A stretch of 64,000 nucleotides of DNA from a virus (IMGVR_UViG_3300005259_000074:128001-192000); one strand, 5' to 3'. Numbered from the stretch's first letter, positions 20,404 through 30,208 are shown. Numbers and translations: made by a program. Notes: generated by a model not told the origin, from the letters alone.

Positions 20404-21138
20404 ATGAGCAACTACAAACTAGCGTATAACTATGATTCACACGGTTTCTACTCCGGCCTCAGCCGGGCGTGGGAATCTCCTCTAGAACCAGGTGTGTATC
20501 ACATCCCCGGAGACTCGACTCTGACAGCCCCTCCTTCGGTTGCCGACGGCGCGATCGCGATGTGGACTGGATCAGCTTGGACTTCTGTAGAAGACAACAG
20601 AGGTAAGACTGCGTACAACGTCAAAGACGCGTCTCAGCAAGCTACAGTGCCAGAAACTAATGTCGTCCCCCTCGGTCTCACCGTCATCACTCCATCTTGT
20701 TCGAAAGAATTATTGAGTTCGTGCTCTTTCGACAGTTCGTCTGGGACGTGGACAGTGGATCCAGTCAAGGGAAGCGCAGCGAAGTACAAGAAGTTGTACT
20801 CGGACATCGACGTGAGGACAGCAGCTATACTGAAAACTGGGATGTCTTATGAGAACCAGATGTTCGCGTGCGACTCTCAGGGTCAGGCCGACGTAACAGC
20901 GCTATACTTGGAGTCTCAAGATACTTCTACGAGCTATCCAATCTCATTCTACAGTGGGACTGCGGTGTGGTCAGCTGCTTCAGCGAGCGATCTCATTGCA
21001 TTCTGCAGATCAGTGAAGGCATTCATCGGCGAAGTCAAAATGAAAGCGCTATCTCTCCGGAAAGAGATAGAACAACAGAGTGGAGAGTCGTACGCCGACT
21101 GGTTCGCTAGACTCCAAACGTGGACTGACCCAAGATAA
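20404..21138 (+). CDS. Tail fibre assembly chaperone (Tfa-like)
   Basis: ESPLEPGVYHIP..ST..APP...W..VEDNRG motif; follows the tail collar gene. Confidence 0.75.
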   Translation: MSNYKLAYNYDSHGFYSGLSRAWESPLEPGVYHIPGDSTLTAPPSVADGAIAMWTGSAWTSVEDNRGKTAYNVKDASQQATVPETNVVPLGLTVITPSCSKELLSSCSFDSSSGTWTVDPVKGSAAKYKKLYSDIDVRTAAILKTGMSYENQMFACDSQGQADVTALYLESQDTSTSYPISFYSGTAVWSAASASDLIAFCRSVKAFIGEVKMKALSLRKEIEQQSGESYADWFARLQTWTDPR

Positions 21139-21148
21139 GAAGATAAAC

Positions 21149-21700
21149 ATGACGTGGTACATCGGTGTCCCAGGTGGAGTGAAGTGGTTTAAGACCGACG
21201 TAGCTTCTACAGATCCAGCAGCCGCAGGCGGCACTCAGTGGACGAACGTAGACGTCGAAGCCGGCATAGAGCCGCTGGTGTACTACGATGCAGTAGCAGA
21301 CACGTTCGTTGTGCAGGGTGGAGGAGTCGCAGAAGCTGACGGGGTGTACACCATGGACACCGCTCTCAACTACCAGCTGACTGGCGCATTTAGCAGTTCT
21401 TCTAGCTCTTCTTTCAGCTCATCGTCCTCTAGCAGTTCTAGCAGCTTCTCGTCGTCGAGCAGCTCTGAGAGCTCATCGTCGTCGAGCAGCCAGTACAGCA
21501 ACTCGTCGACTTCTGGCAGTTCTCTCCAGCTAGTGATGTGGAGGAAGAGCGGAGCGGGAGTCTACTTAGGGTGCAACACGTATCTTTCTCTGCCGGCGTG
21601 GGCGTCTCTAGACAACTGGTTCTTGTACAGCGGATACTACTACTACTTCTCATACCAGTACATGCTGTATGATTGCTCTGCTTTACCTATCCCACCATAA
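21149..21700 (+). CDS. Small structural protein with internal poly-Ser tract
   Basis: Likely ATG at 21149; about 44-residue Ser tract; Tyr-rich C-terminus. Confidence 0.6.
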   Translation: MTWYIGVPGGVKWFKTDVASTDPAAAGGTQWTNVDVEAGIEPLVYYDAVADTFVVQGGGVAEADGVYTMDTALNYQLTGAFSSSSSSSFSSSSSSSSSSFSSSSSSESSSSSSSQYSNSSTSGSSLQLVMWRKSGAGVYLGCNTYLSLPAWASLDNWFLYSGYYYYFSYQYMLYDCSALPIPP

Positions 21701-21709
21701 CCACTCATG

Positions 21710-21717
21710 TATAAATA
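21710..21717 (+). promoter_or_regulatory. T4-type late promoter TATAAATA
   Basis: Exact consensus upstream of the 21748 gene and the glycosyltransferase cluster. Confidence 0.65.
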
Positions 21718-21747
21718 ACACTCGTTATCTAGTGTGGAGTAGCATGT

Positions 21748-22563
21748 ATGAGTGATCTCTTCAAGTTCGACCGATCAGTGTTTGTCGACGTAGACGACAA
21801 ACGAGTGCAGATGTTGTTAGACAGTTCTCTGTCCCAACTAGAATTCATAAAACTCATGAAAAACAGTGATCCTTGGGTAATCTCCAACGGAGAGCTGAAA
21901 CTATTGACTGAAAAAGACATCCAAGCTGGAAAAGACAGCTTCGCAAAATTCAGAAGGGGTGTCATCCAAAAGACAGGTGGAATCACACCTGATCTCATTA
22001 AGACTTATAAAGATCTGATAATCAGTGTATATCCCGAAATGACAATCCATTATGATAACACTGAGAAGGAGATATCAGAATCCGGGTGTCCAGAGTGCGC
22101 AATCAACGGAAAATATGCGAAACTTGTCGAGACTCTTGTGTCTCTAAAACCTGACGGCAGAGATTTGTCAAAGTTATCAATCTTAGGGGACACGCCTCTG
22201 AAGAAACTCAGAGGAGAAGAGATAGACCCATCTACGATAGTGATCGAATACCCAGAGGGAGTCGAGCGCAGCCTCCCGAAGATGAAGACCGGAAATTCGA
22301 AGAGCGCTCCAGCCGGCGTTGTCACAGGCATTTTTCAGAGGCCTTCGTGCAAGCTGTGTGTCGTCAAACACCTCGCGTACGCGTTCGAGTGCCTGAAAGA
22401 AGTAGCGGCGGGATACACACTCGAGCGCGGGCACGACCACTTCGCTCTCGCAGTAGCCAGCCTCGAGCACGCAGAGCAAGAAGCTCTGAAAGACGACGCC
22501 AACTTAGCTGAGAAGATAAGAGACTTCCGGAACAGGCTGGAGTCAAAGGTGTCGTGGAAATGA
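21748..22563 (+). CDS. Hypothetical protein with two CxxC motifs
   Basis: CPEC and CKLCxxKH motifs. Confidence 0.65.
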   Translation: MSDLFKFDRSVFVDVDDKRVQMLLDSSLSQLEFIKLMKNSDPWVISNGELKLLTEKDIQAGKDSFAKFRRGVIQKTGGITPDLIKTYKDLIISVYPEMTIHYDNTEKEISESGCPECAINGKYAKLVETLVSLKPDGRDLSKLSILGDTPLKKLRGEEIDPSTIVIEYPEGVERSLPKMKTGNSKSAPAGVVTGIFQRPSCKLCVVKHLAYAFECLKEVAAGYTLERGHDHFALAVASLEHAEQEALKDDANLAEKIRDFRNRLESKVSWK

Positions 22564-23690
22564 ACACCGCAGTCGCGTCCAGAGAGATGCTTGGTGAGCT
22601 GGAGAACCTCTTGACAGAGAGCCAGACCGGCATGGAGTTGGAGATCGGCGACAGAGCGGTGTCCGCTCTGGCTAGCGAAGTTGGAAAGCTGTTCAGAGAC
22701 TCTGCTCTACTTCCGTTCGGAGAGCCGAAGAAGGTGATCCTCGAGAACTACCAGTCTCCCGGAGACTTAGTGATGATGACTGCAGCCGTCAGAGATCTTC
22801 ACAGAGCTTATCCCAACAAGTTTATAACAGACGTTCGCACTTCTTGTGGAGACATCTGGCTCAACAACCCCCACATAACTCACATAGACGACAAAGACCC
22901 AAAGGCGATAAGAATCAAAGCTGAATACCCGCTGATACACCAGAGCAACGGTGGGGCGCTCCCCTTCATACACGGTTTCGCGCAAGACCTCGCTGATAAA
23001 CTAGGAATCCCGCGGTTCCCCATCACAAAGTTCGCAGGGGACATCCACATATCTCCTCAGGAGAACTCGTGGTACAGCGCTCCTTGGGAGATATTAGGGA
23101 AAGATGTCCCGTACTGGGTCATAGACGCTGGATACAAGACCGACTTTACCTGCAAGAACTGGGGAAAGAAGAACTGGCAGCAGCTCATCGAGATGTGCCC
23201 AGAGATACAGTTCGTCCAGATCGGCCACAAAGACCACATCCACCCGAAATTGACTGGTGACAACGTGATAGACTTAGTTGGGAAGACAGACACTCGCCAG
23301 CTGATCAGGCTGATCTACAACTCGTTCGGAGTCGTGACGCCGTGCAGCTTCCCGTTCGTGCTGGCGTACAGCGTGCCTCCGCACCCGCGGTTCAAGCGGA
23401 AGTCTAGGCCGTGCGTAGTCGTCGCCGGTGGTCGAGAACCCGTCGAATGGCAGCAAGCGCCGAACGTGATGTTCATGCACACCTGCGGAGCGCTCCCGTG
23501 CTGCGACTACGGTGGGTGCTGGGTCAGCCGCGTCAAACCCCTGGGAGACGGAGACCACAAAGACAAGAACACCTGCCTCCACCCAGTCGCTTGGGGCGAT
23601 GAGTTCATACCGCGGTGCATGCAGATGATCAGAGCTGACCACGTGGCTTACTGGATAGAGACTACGACAGAGGAGCTGGACTTCAAGTGA
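22560..23690 (+). CDS. Glycosyltransferase, GT9/heptosyltransferase-like
   Basis: SPGDLVMMTAAVRDLH, VQIG and DLVGKTDTRQLIRLI motifs. Confidence 0.75.
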   Translation: MNTAVASREMLGELENLLTESQTGMELEIGDRAVSALASEVGKLFRDSALLPFGEPKKVILENYQSPGDLVMMTAAVRDLHRAYPNKFITDVRTSCGDIWLNNPHITHIDDKDPKAIRIKAEYPLIHQSNGGALPFIHGFAQDLADKLGIPRFPITKFAGDIHISPQENSWYSAPWEILGKDVPYWVIDAGYKTDFTCKNWGKKNWQQLIEMCPEIQFVQIGHKDHIHPKLTGDNVIDLVGKTDTRQLIRLIYNSFGVVTPCSFPFVLAYSVPPHPRFKRKSRPCVVVAGGREPVEWQQAPNVMFMHTCGALPCCDYGGCWVSRVKPLGDGDHKDKNTCLHPVAWGDEFIPRCMQMIRADHVAYWIETTTEELDFK

Positions 23691-23977
23691 GGTACGAGTG
23701 CGCTATCTGCGGCTACGCGAGCGACGAACGGAGTCGCGTGCACGAGCACCACATCACTCCGCGCGCTTCCGGAGGCACTGAAGACAAGTGGAACAAAGTC
23801 GTGCTCTGCCCGAACTGCCACGCTAGAGTTCACGTCCCTGGAATGACGCACGGCATCCACTCGGTCGTCAGAGAAGACTCGATAGTGATAAACTGCTGGA
23901 GGAACGACCACACGCTGCTAGAGTGGAGACTGGCTGGCAGTGACGTCTTGGCGTACACTCCACACAAGACGCTCTAG
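23687..23977 (+). CDS. HNH endonuclease
   Basis: CAIC...HEHHITP..SGG......VVLCPNCHARVH. Confidence 0.85.
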   Translation: MRYECAICGYASDERSRVHEHHITPRASGGTEDKWNKVVLCPNCHARVHVPGMTHGIHSVVREDSIVINCWRNDHTLLEWRLAGSDVLAYTPHKTL

Positions 23978-24010
23978 AACGTGTTTGCGAGGGTTCTGAG
24001 AAGGAGGAAG

Positions 24011-24142
24011 ATGCGAGTCAGTGGTTACCGTTGTCGGAACGATGAAAGTGATCTGCGCCGCTGGAATGAACTTAACAAACTCAAAGATAGTTCACAGTAT
24101 CTGTTAAGTGCTCTGACCACCAGTTCAAAAATCTTCATCTGA
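24011..24142 (+). CDS. Possible 43-aa small protein
   Basis: AGGAGG four nt before the ATG; open frame to TGA; no recognisable motif. Confidence 0.3.
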   Translation: MRVSGYRCRNDESDLRRWNELNKLKDSSQYLLSALTTSSKIFI

Positions 24143-24225
24143 GCAGTATTTTCAAGAGTTAATCCAGAGGACGGTTAAGAATAAAGGAGTTGAAGGGAAG
24201 TAGTAAACAATGTACTGTTTATAAC

Positions 24226-24306
24226 AGTATACATTCAATTGATCAATTTCAGTATACATTATTGATTCAATAATTCAATATACATTCAATTTATTGATTC
24301 AATAAA
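24226..24306. repeat. AT-rich cluster of palindromes and direct repeats
   Basis: AATTGATCAATT, two TATTGATTCAATA and three TATACATT copies. Confidence 0.75.
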
Positions 24307-24340
24307 CATTAGTACGAGTGGAACGAAAGATCTTCGAAAA

Positions 24341-25168
24341 ATGACCACAGTGTTATCCGACTTCTCCCGTAAGAGAGCTCTAGAACAGTGTCGAGGAGCT
24401 AAGAAAGTCCTCGTAGACTTCGCGCACGGTCTCGGCGACACGGTGATGTTCCTCCCAGTTTTCGACGAGTTTCGTAAGAACGTCTCAGATGCACGCGTAG
24501 ACTTGTTGACTCACTTCGGCCAAGAAGAGGTGTTCGGCGTCAAGACTGTTCAGTACTCGGAATACGATGTAGTGCTGACGTTGCCTTACGCCATGGCCGA
24601 GAACAGCGGGTCTACGAAGTCGGAAGCGTGCTGCGTCAGAGAACTCGGGATATTGCCGAATGCGGTGAAAGACAACTTGAAGTCTGCGTGGTACAGAGAC
24701 AACTACTCCCGAGTGTTCAGCTCGGACGAATCGTTCCGGAAGTCTAGTCCTTTCGTGCTGTTCGCCTTCCAGAGCACCGCCCTCCCAGACCCGTGCAACT
24801 GTCCTCCGCAGTTAGCTGAGACTCTCTGGAGAGAAGCCGAGAGCGTCGGGAAGATACCGATTGAATGCCACTTCTCCCACTGCTTCGCCAACCCCCGCAA
24901 CGCACAGTACCCTTTCGTGGGGAACTCCACTACCAGGAAGCTACCACCCAGAGTGCAATTGCTCGCCGACACGGTGAAGACCAGCTTCGCGTTCGTCGGA
25001 GTCGCGACGGGCTCCACTGTCGTCGCCATGGCCGGGAGCTCTCTTAGGACGGCTTTCCTAGAGAGGGCGTACCACAGGAGAGACTACTTCACTGAGGTGG
25101 GTCCGACGTTCAGCATCGACGACTACCGCCCCGGCAGCCTGGCCGCGTGGCTGAGAGGACTGGAGTGA
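24341..25168 (+). CDS. Glycosyltransferase, GT9-like (GT-B fold)
   Basis: FAHGLGDTVMFLP and AFVGVATG motifs. Confidence 0.6.
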   Translation: MTTVLSDFSRKRALEQCRGAKKVLVDFAHGLGDTVMFLPVFDEFRKNVSDARVDLLTHFGQEEVFGVKTVQYSEYDVVLTLPYAMAENSGSTKSEACCVRELGILPNAVKDNLKSAWYRDNYSRVFSSDESFRKSSPFVLFAFQSTALPDPCNCPPQLAETLWREAESVGKIPIECHFSHCFANPRNAQYPFVGNSTTRKLPPRVQLLADTVKTSFAFVGVATGSTVVAMAGSSLRTAFLERAYHRRDYFTEVGPTFSIDDYRPGSLAAWLRGLE

Positions 25169-25172
25169 CACC

Positions 25173-26114
25173 GTGAGAGCGTTCGTGCTATCTTGTGACG
25201 AGAACTACGTCGAGTACCTCAGGGCCTTCATCGGTAGCGTGCAGCGCCGTGGGATAGACGCGCGCGTCGTAGTAGTCCACCCTCCGGGGTTGAGGCTTCC
25301 AGCGGGTTGCGTATCTTTCGTGAACTCCAGGCCTCGAGAGTACTTGAAGACCGGTGGTAAGATGAAGGGGAAGACCCACAGCAACATCGGTTTCTGCCGG
25401 TGGGCCAGCATCCCTAAGATAGCTGCCATGGGCTACAGTTCGCTCTGCCTGATGGACGCCGACATGATGGTGACTTCTAAGCGCGTGGAGAACTTGTTCG
25501 ACGCCGTAGAGGGGACGTCTGTCATAGTCGGCGGAGACGAGGAGTCTAAGTGGGGGTTGGGACCGCAGTACCGGTACGTGAGAAAAGACGGATCGGACGT
25601 CAAGTTCTGCCAAGACCGCGCTGACCTGACTAGGATGAACTCTTTCTTCTGCATGCCGGTGTTCTTAGATGGAAGAGACCCGAATATCGTAGCGCTGTGC
25701 GAGAAGATAGAAGAAGTCAAGTACACCTCTTATCAGGAGAGAGACGGCAACGTCGACTTCTTGTGCGACATGTTCACCCACAACCTGTGCGTGCACGAGA
25801 CGGGTTTAGACCGACGAGTCGTGCAAGTGCCGATGGCGCAGACTACTCAAGTGCACTTCGTGGGATACACTCCGTTCGACCTGATCAGGGAAGAAGCCGG
25901 AGACTGGTACACCAAAGATGGTCTGCCGGTCTACTCCATGCACGGTAAGTTCGCGTCTAAGACGTTCGTCAAAGACTACATGTGGGGTTGCAATCGCAAG
26001 CTAGAGCTGTGGGGGATACAGAAGCAGATGGAGCACTACTTGCCGGAAGCTCAGAAGGTGCTCGAGAGGGTCCAAGCAGAGTGGAGGCTGTGCCATGATT
26101 CAGTTCGCGCGTGA
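25173..26114 (+). CDS. Glycosyltransferase, GT-A fold (GT8-like)
   Basis: CDENYVEYL N-terminus and LCLMDADMMV DxD motif. Confidence 0.6.
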   Translation: MRAFVLSCDENYVEYLRAFIGSVQRRGIDARVVVVHPPGLRLPAGCVSFVNSRPREYLKTGGKMKGKTHSNIGFCRWASIPKIAAMGYSSLCLMDADMMVTSKRVENLFDAVEGTSVIVGGDEESKWGLGPQYRYVRKDGSDVKFCQDRADLTRMNSFFCMPVFLDGRDPNIVALCEKIEEVKYTSYQERDGNVDFLCDMFTHNLCVHETGLDRRVVQVPMAQTTQVHFVGYTPFDLIREEAGDWYTKDGLPVYSMHGKFASKTFVKDYMWGCNRKLELWGIQKQMEHYLPEAQKVLERVQAEWRLCHDSVRA

Positions 26115-26721
26115 CGAGTTCGGCTTCTGGAAGCAAGTTGACCCCTCCCCTTTCGTGTACACGGAGGAGTACAAGAGCCGCCAGTCGACGAACGAAGCGA
26201 TGTCTTTCCTCAGGCTGGGGTGGTTGGCGGCTCATTTGGGGCTCTCGGAGATGAAGAAGATGCGAGCAGTCGACGTCGGTTGCGGCAATGGGGAGTTCGT
26301 CAAACACGCTCAGAACTTCTTCTCGAGGGCTGTCGGCTACGACGTGGCTGGGAACAGCATATCTGAGCGAGAGCTAGCCGAGACGGAGTGGGACTTAGTA
26401 GTGCTGTCTGACGTGTTGGAGCACTACTCAGACATCGACGACCTGTTCGACCTGAAGTGGAAGTTCGCGTTCGTCTCGTTCCCGGAGACACCTCGTGTAG
26501 ACGACTGGAGAGAGCTCCAGTCGATGGGTTTTCGGCACTTCAAGCCGGACGAACACCTGTGGATGATGAACTCGCTGGGTTTTAGAGAGTGGTCCGCGCG
26601 GTTAGGAGCTGAGACAATAGCTGAAGACTGCTTCGAAGACGCGATCAGGACTAGGTGGGACCCACGCGTGAGGAACATCAGCAGTTTCTTGTTGAAGAGG
26701 CACCCATTCCCCTATAAATAG
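26095..26721 (+). CDS. SAM-dependent methyltransferase
   Basis: VDVGCGNG motif I; DLVVLSDVLEH. Confidence 0.85.
   Translation: MIQFARDEFGFWKQVDPSPFVYTEEYKSRQSTNEAMSFLRLGWLAAHLGLSEMKKMRAVDVGCGNGEFVKHAQNFFSRAVGYDVAGNSISERELAETEWDLVVLSDVLEHYSDIDDLFDLKWKFAFVSFPETPRVDDWRELQSMGFRHFKPDEHLWMMNSLGFREWSARLGAETIAEDCFEDAIRTRWDPRVRNISSFLLKRHPFPYK
26713..26720 (+). promoter_or_regulatory. T4-type late promoter TATAAATA
   Basis: Exact consensus overlapping the upstream stop, before the 26749 gene. Confidence 0.6.
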
Positions 26722-26748
26722 TTCCAAACTGAGGACGGGCCCGTTCTG

Positions 26749-27966
26749 ATGTCTCTTCTACCGAACAGCGATTACGACAAGATCCGAATCTACCCAAACG
26801 AGTACGTCACCAACGGTACTGTCAACAGGGGCGTCAGACGCCTCTTGGAGAACGACACTTGGCTAGAAGACCACATATCCGGAGCGGTGTCGGCTTCTTC
26901 TATAATGAACGCCCTCTCAGCGGAGATCACCGCTGTCGGGATCGAGACGGACGACGTGTACTCGACGGTCGCCGCCAACTCCGGAGTGTGGAGCACCGGT
27001 TCTCAGGGAGACGTAGCGGGACCCGCTACGAACCACAACTCTTACGTTCCCCAGTGGGACGGAGCTAACTCCAAACTGCTCAAAGACGGACTTCCAGTGG
27101 GAAACGGAGCTGGGTCGCTCGTCTCCAGGCCTAACGTCAACACGCTGGCGGCCGACGCTCTGGTCGCCATAACAACTAATGGATCGGTGACAGTCGGAGG
27201 CCTCGCCATTAAGAACGCAGCTCCTTACTTGGGGAGCGACGCCGTCGGTGACATATGGTTCCGAGGTGGATTGGGCATGTCCAGACTTCCTTTGGGGTCT
27301 AACGGGCAAGTCCTGACCGTCAGCACAGTCACGTCTCAGCCGGTATGGGCAGGGCTTCCGCTCCTCACGTCAGTGTACTCTACCGTGCAGTCTGGGTCTG
27401 CTTCGTGGACGACTGCTGGCAACTACGTGGGGACGAACTCCTCTAACATAACTCTGAAAGCTAACACGTTCAACGGAGCTAACCAGCTAGTCGAGCTGAC
27501 TGCTTCTGGGTACTTGCCCGCTCTGAACGGCAGCGCTCTGACGAATCTGAACGCTGGGAACATCAGCACGGGCGTCCTGTCGGCGAGCCGCGGAGGAGCG
27601 GGTGCTTCTAACGGCATCTTGTACGCCAACGGCTCGGGCGTCGTTAACTCTCTGGCTGTTAGTGGGGAACTGGTGTATTCCGCCGGTGTCTTGTCGGCGC
27701 CGCGGGTCTACGTCGAGAATAAGACGTCTGGATTCGTGATGTCGAGTTCGGACTTAGGTAAGTTAGTGCTGTTCGAGTCGTCGACTCCTTCCGGCCAAGT
27801 GATGAACCTCATAGCAGCTCCGGCTAACGGCAGTCTGACTGTCAGAGTCAAGAATGAATCTACGAACGTCGTGACTCTCAGTGGAGACATCAACGGGACT
27901 ACTACTTATGGACTCTCGGGGAGCATTACGCTGATATCAGACGGTTCTACTTGGCACACGTTCTGA
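26749..27966 (+). CDS. Tail fibre-like structural protein
   Basis: Ser/Gly/Asn-rich; GMSRLPLGSNGQVLTV and LPALNGSALTNLNA fibre-type segments; late promoter. Confidence 0.55.
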   Translation: MSLLPNSDYDKIRIYPNEYVTNGTVNRGVRRLLENDTWLEDHISGAVSASSIMNALSAEITAVGIETDDVYSTVAANSGVWSTGSQGDVAGPATNHNSYVPQWDGANSKLLKDGLPVGNGAGSLVSRPNVNTLAADALVAITTNGSVTVGGLAIKNAAPYLGSDAVGDIWFRGGLGMSRLPLGSNGQVLTVSTVTSQPVWAGLPLLTSVYSTVQSGSASWTTAGNYVGTNSSNITLKANTFNGANQLVELTASGYLPALNGSALTNLNAGNISTGVLSASRGGAGASNGILYANGSGVVNSLAVSGELVYSAGVLSAPRVYVENKTSGFVMSSSDLGKLVLFESSTPSGQVMNLIAAPANGSLTVRVKNESTNVVTLSGDINGTTTYGLSGSITLISDGSTWHTF

Positions 27967-27971
27967 GTCGA

Positions 27972-28268
27972 TCACTCGGGTGCCTCTTCCTTGGTCTTCT
28001 TTTTCTTAGCGATGTACTTGATATAGCCGTTGCGCTGCTTTGGGATCGCAGAGTAGGCCCACCTGTACACCTGTTCTGGCTCTAGAGTACCCTGGAACTT
28101 GTTCAACATCTGCGCATATGGCATGAGTTCTTCTCTCATCGAGAGGTACCGAGCGAGCATGAAGGTCGAGAAAGAAGATCTGAAGTTGACGTCTTCCCAC
28201 ATGTTACCTCCGCTCTTCTTCATCAGGATGTCTGACATTATCTCGTAGAAGTTGTTGTTCTTAGCCAT
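27972..28268 (-). CDS. Possible clamp-loader small subunit (T4 gp62-like)
   Basis: FMLARYLS...YAQMLN...Y.W.YSAIPK...YIKY.KK pattern. Confidence 0.5.
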   Translation of the reverse strand: MAKNNNFYEIMSDILMKKSGGNMWEDVNFRSSFSTFMLARYLSMREELMPYAQMLNKFQGTLEPEQVYRWAYSAIPKQRNGYIKYIAKKKKTKEEAPE

Positions 28269-29100
28269 CCAGTTTGTCCTCTCTGTGGAATTTCCTGATC
28301 CTCTTGTTTACCCATCTCACCAGTTCTTTGTCGCTGTTCAAGACATCTTTCTTCAAGAAACGGATGTCTCGCTTCTCGCTATCAAGATACCCTCCATCGC
28401 CGGGCGTCCCACCCGGTTTTTGGTCGACCGGCCTCATTAGTGCGTCCATAATGTCGTCTCTCTTGAAGAATTCGACGAGAGACAACACGAAGAGTATGTT
28501 CATCTCGATCTCTTCCATGTCTTTAGTCCCTTCGTGAGCTCTGAACTCAAACGTGCGTCGATCATTCCAATAAGTCAGAGACAGCATAGAGTGGTGGTCT
28601 CCGCTATTGTCTAGCGCGTCAGCTAAGATGTCGCAGACCCTCGGAGTTCTTTCTCCCTCTTCATCCGAGGTTTCTACTAGAGGTTTAGAATAACCTCCTC
28701 CAGTGAGGCGAGAACTAGGGTAGAGCATCTTTATGGGAGACTCGAGGCTCGTCCACGGCACTATCAGCTTCTCCAGCGGGAGGTCTGGGACGTGGACGTG
28801 GACGTGAAACCCGTCAGAGTCGGTGACTCTGACGCGGTTCTTGTTGAGCAGTGCGACTATCTTCTTCAGGCGCTTGTACTCGGGTGACTGCAGAGTCAAC
28901 TTTGGAGATGCTAACTCGCATCCAGTAGATATGTCTGTCTTGAGGTCCCACTGCTTGCCGGTAGAATCGCGGTGGCTGCACTCGGAGTTGAGCATCTTCG
29001 CACTATTGTGGAATGCGCTCTTGATGGCGTTCTTCACCTCGTCGAAATCGGAGGAGAACTCCAATTCTATGCCAAATTTCCTGGATTGCATGTTCATCAC
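28261..29100 (-). CDS. Putative amidoligase (COOH-NH2 ligase family)
   Basis: FGIELEF, ELASP, GFHVHV and TFEFRAHEGT motifs. Confidence 0.8.
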   Translation of the reverse strand: MMNMQSRKFGIELEFSSDFDEVKNAIKSAFHNSAKMLNSECSHRDSTGKQWDLKTDISTGCELASPKLTLQSPEYKRLKKIVALLNKNRVRVTDSDGFHVHVHVPDLPLEKLIVPWTSLESPIKMLYPSSRLTGGGYSKPLVETSDEEGERTPRVCDILADALDNSGDHHSMLSLTYWNDRRTFEFRAHEGTKDMEEIEMNILFVLSLVEFFKRDDIMDALMRPVDQKPGGTPGDGGYLDSEKRDIRFLKKDVLNSDKELVRWVNKRIRKFHREDKLDG

Positions 29101-29166
29101 AGCACCTCAGTAGATTGGTTCACACTCTATTTATGAACCTAATCTTACTGAGAATAGAATACTACT

Positions 29167-29451
29167 TCAAACATTTTCTAGAGCATTTTCTATGATGAAC
29201 TCAGAGACCTCTTCATCTTTGCAGGTACAGCCCTTTGCGCAGCTGTCATTCCTGTTGGCGCATTTCTCCGGTAAGTGGCACTCCAGACTTCCGTCTTCTC
29301 TCTTGAGAGCTACGTTGTCGTACCATATAGTGACTTTCATAGCATTATCTAGAGCCATACATTCTGCGTTGACGCGCATGACTCTGAAACTCTTCGTCTC
29401 GTGTGAAGTTAACATATTGATGTAGTCAATGAACATCACGTCGGGATTCAT
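29167..29451 (-). CDS. Small Cys-rich protein, C-terminal-motif group (ends ALENV)
   Basis: ORF overlaps its neighbour; shared C-terminus. Confidence 0.65.
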   Translation of the reverse strand: MNPDVMFIDYINMLTSHETKSFRVMRVNAECMALDNAMKVTIWYDNVALKREDGSLECHLPEKCANRNDSCAKGCTCKDEEVSEFIIENALENV

Positions 29452-29780
29452 AAATCCTCCAGAGCGAATATGAGGTCATCATGCATCGCCAATTCGATTG
29501 CTTCTGGGTGTTTGCACTCTCGAATGCGGTCTCCAGTAGCGAAGGGTTGCGACGCGTGCTTGCAGAACCTGTAAGAGTCTTCAGTCGTCTCTTCGTATCT
29601 GTCGCACGCGTGCTCATTCACGAAACGGAACTTAGGTATGCAAGTGTTGTCGCATATGACGACGTCGTCTGTCGCTCTGCACTTCCCAGCGATCTCGTAG
29701 AATCTTCCTTTTCCGTGCGAGTCGCCGTTGTTGGCAGCAAAGTATCCTCGAAGAGAGCCGCACAACACACCTTTGAACAT
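29448..29780 (-). CDS. Small Cys-rich protein, C-terminal-motif group (ends ALEDL)
   Basis: MFKG start shared with the 51458 and 51748 genes. Confidence 0.65.
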   Translation of the reverse strand: MFKGVLCGSLRGYFAANNGDSHGKGRFYEIAGKCRATDDVVICDNTCIPKFRFVNEHACDRYEETTEDSYRFCKHASQPFATGDRIRECKHPEAIELAMHDDLIFALEDL

Positions 29781-29809
29781 AGACGATCACCTCTGTCTAG
29801 AGTACTCGC

Positions 29810-30013
29810 TCATATGTCCTCGAGTTTGTCGACGATGTCTTCGTCCGCGAAACCTACTTCGCGCCACTCACCTCCTAAGAGTGGATCCCACACGAATAGT
29901 TCTTTGATGTCAGCGAACTCCAACCACCGATTTTCACCGTTGAGAGTGCGCTTTCGGAACAGGAATTTCCTCCTGATCCTCATTTCACCTTGTTTAGGCT
30001 CTTCCCATCTCAT
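29810..30013 (-). CDS. Small protein, C-terminal-motif group (ends KLEDI)
   Basis: Likely ATG at 30013 (ATGA overlap). Confidence 0.6.
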   Translation of the reverse strand: MRWEEPKQGEMRIRRKFLFRKRTLNGENRWLEFADIKELFVWDPLLGGEWREVGFADEDIVDKLEDI

Positions 30014-30186
30014 CGCTTCTCCGCACTGACGCTGTACATGGCGACTTGCAGCTCTATGTTCTTCAGCTCTACTTGCTTCTCCATGTAGTAGTGCACGAGG
30101 TTCCACGCGACTGCGGCGATGATGACCACTGCTATGATGGTCCCGCAGCCACTTCCTCTATTAACTACGACCGTGTTCTCCGCCAT
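30010..30186 (-). CDS. Small membrane protein (58 aa, not in the ORF track)
   Basis: MAENTVVVNRGSGCGTIIAVVIIAAVAWNL hydrophobic segment; GGAG SD upstream; ATGA overlap. Confidence 0.6.
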   Translation of the reverse strand: MAENTVVVNRGSGCGTIIAVVIIAAVAWNLVHYYMEKQVELKNIELQVAMYSVSAEKR

Positions 30187-30208
30187 TGTGATACGTCTCC
30201 TTTGGTGT

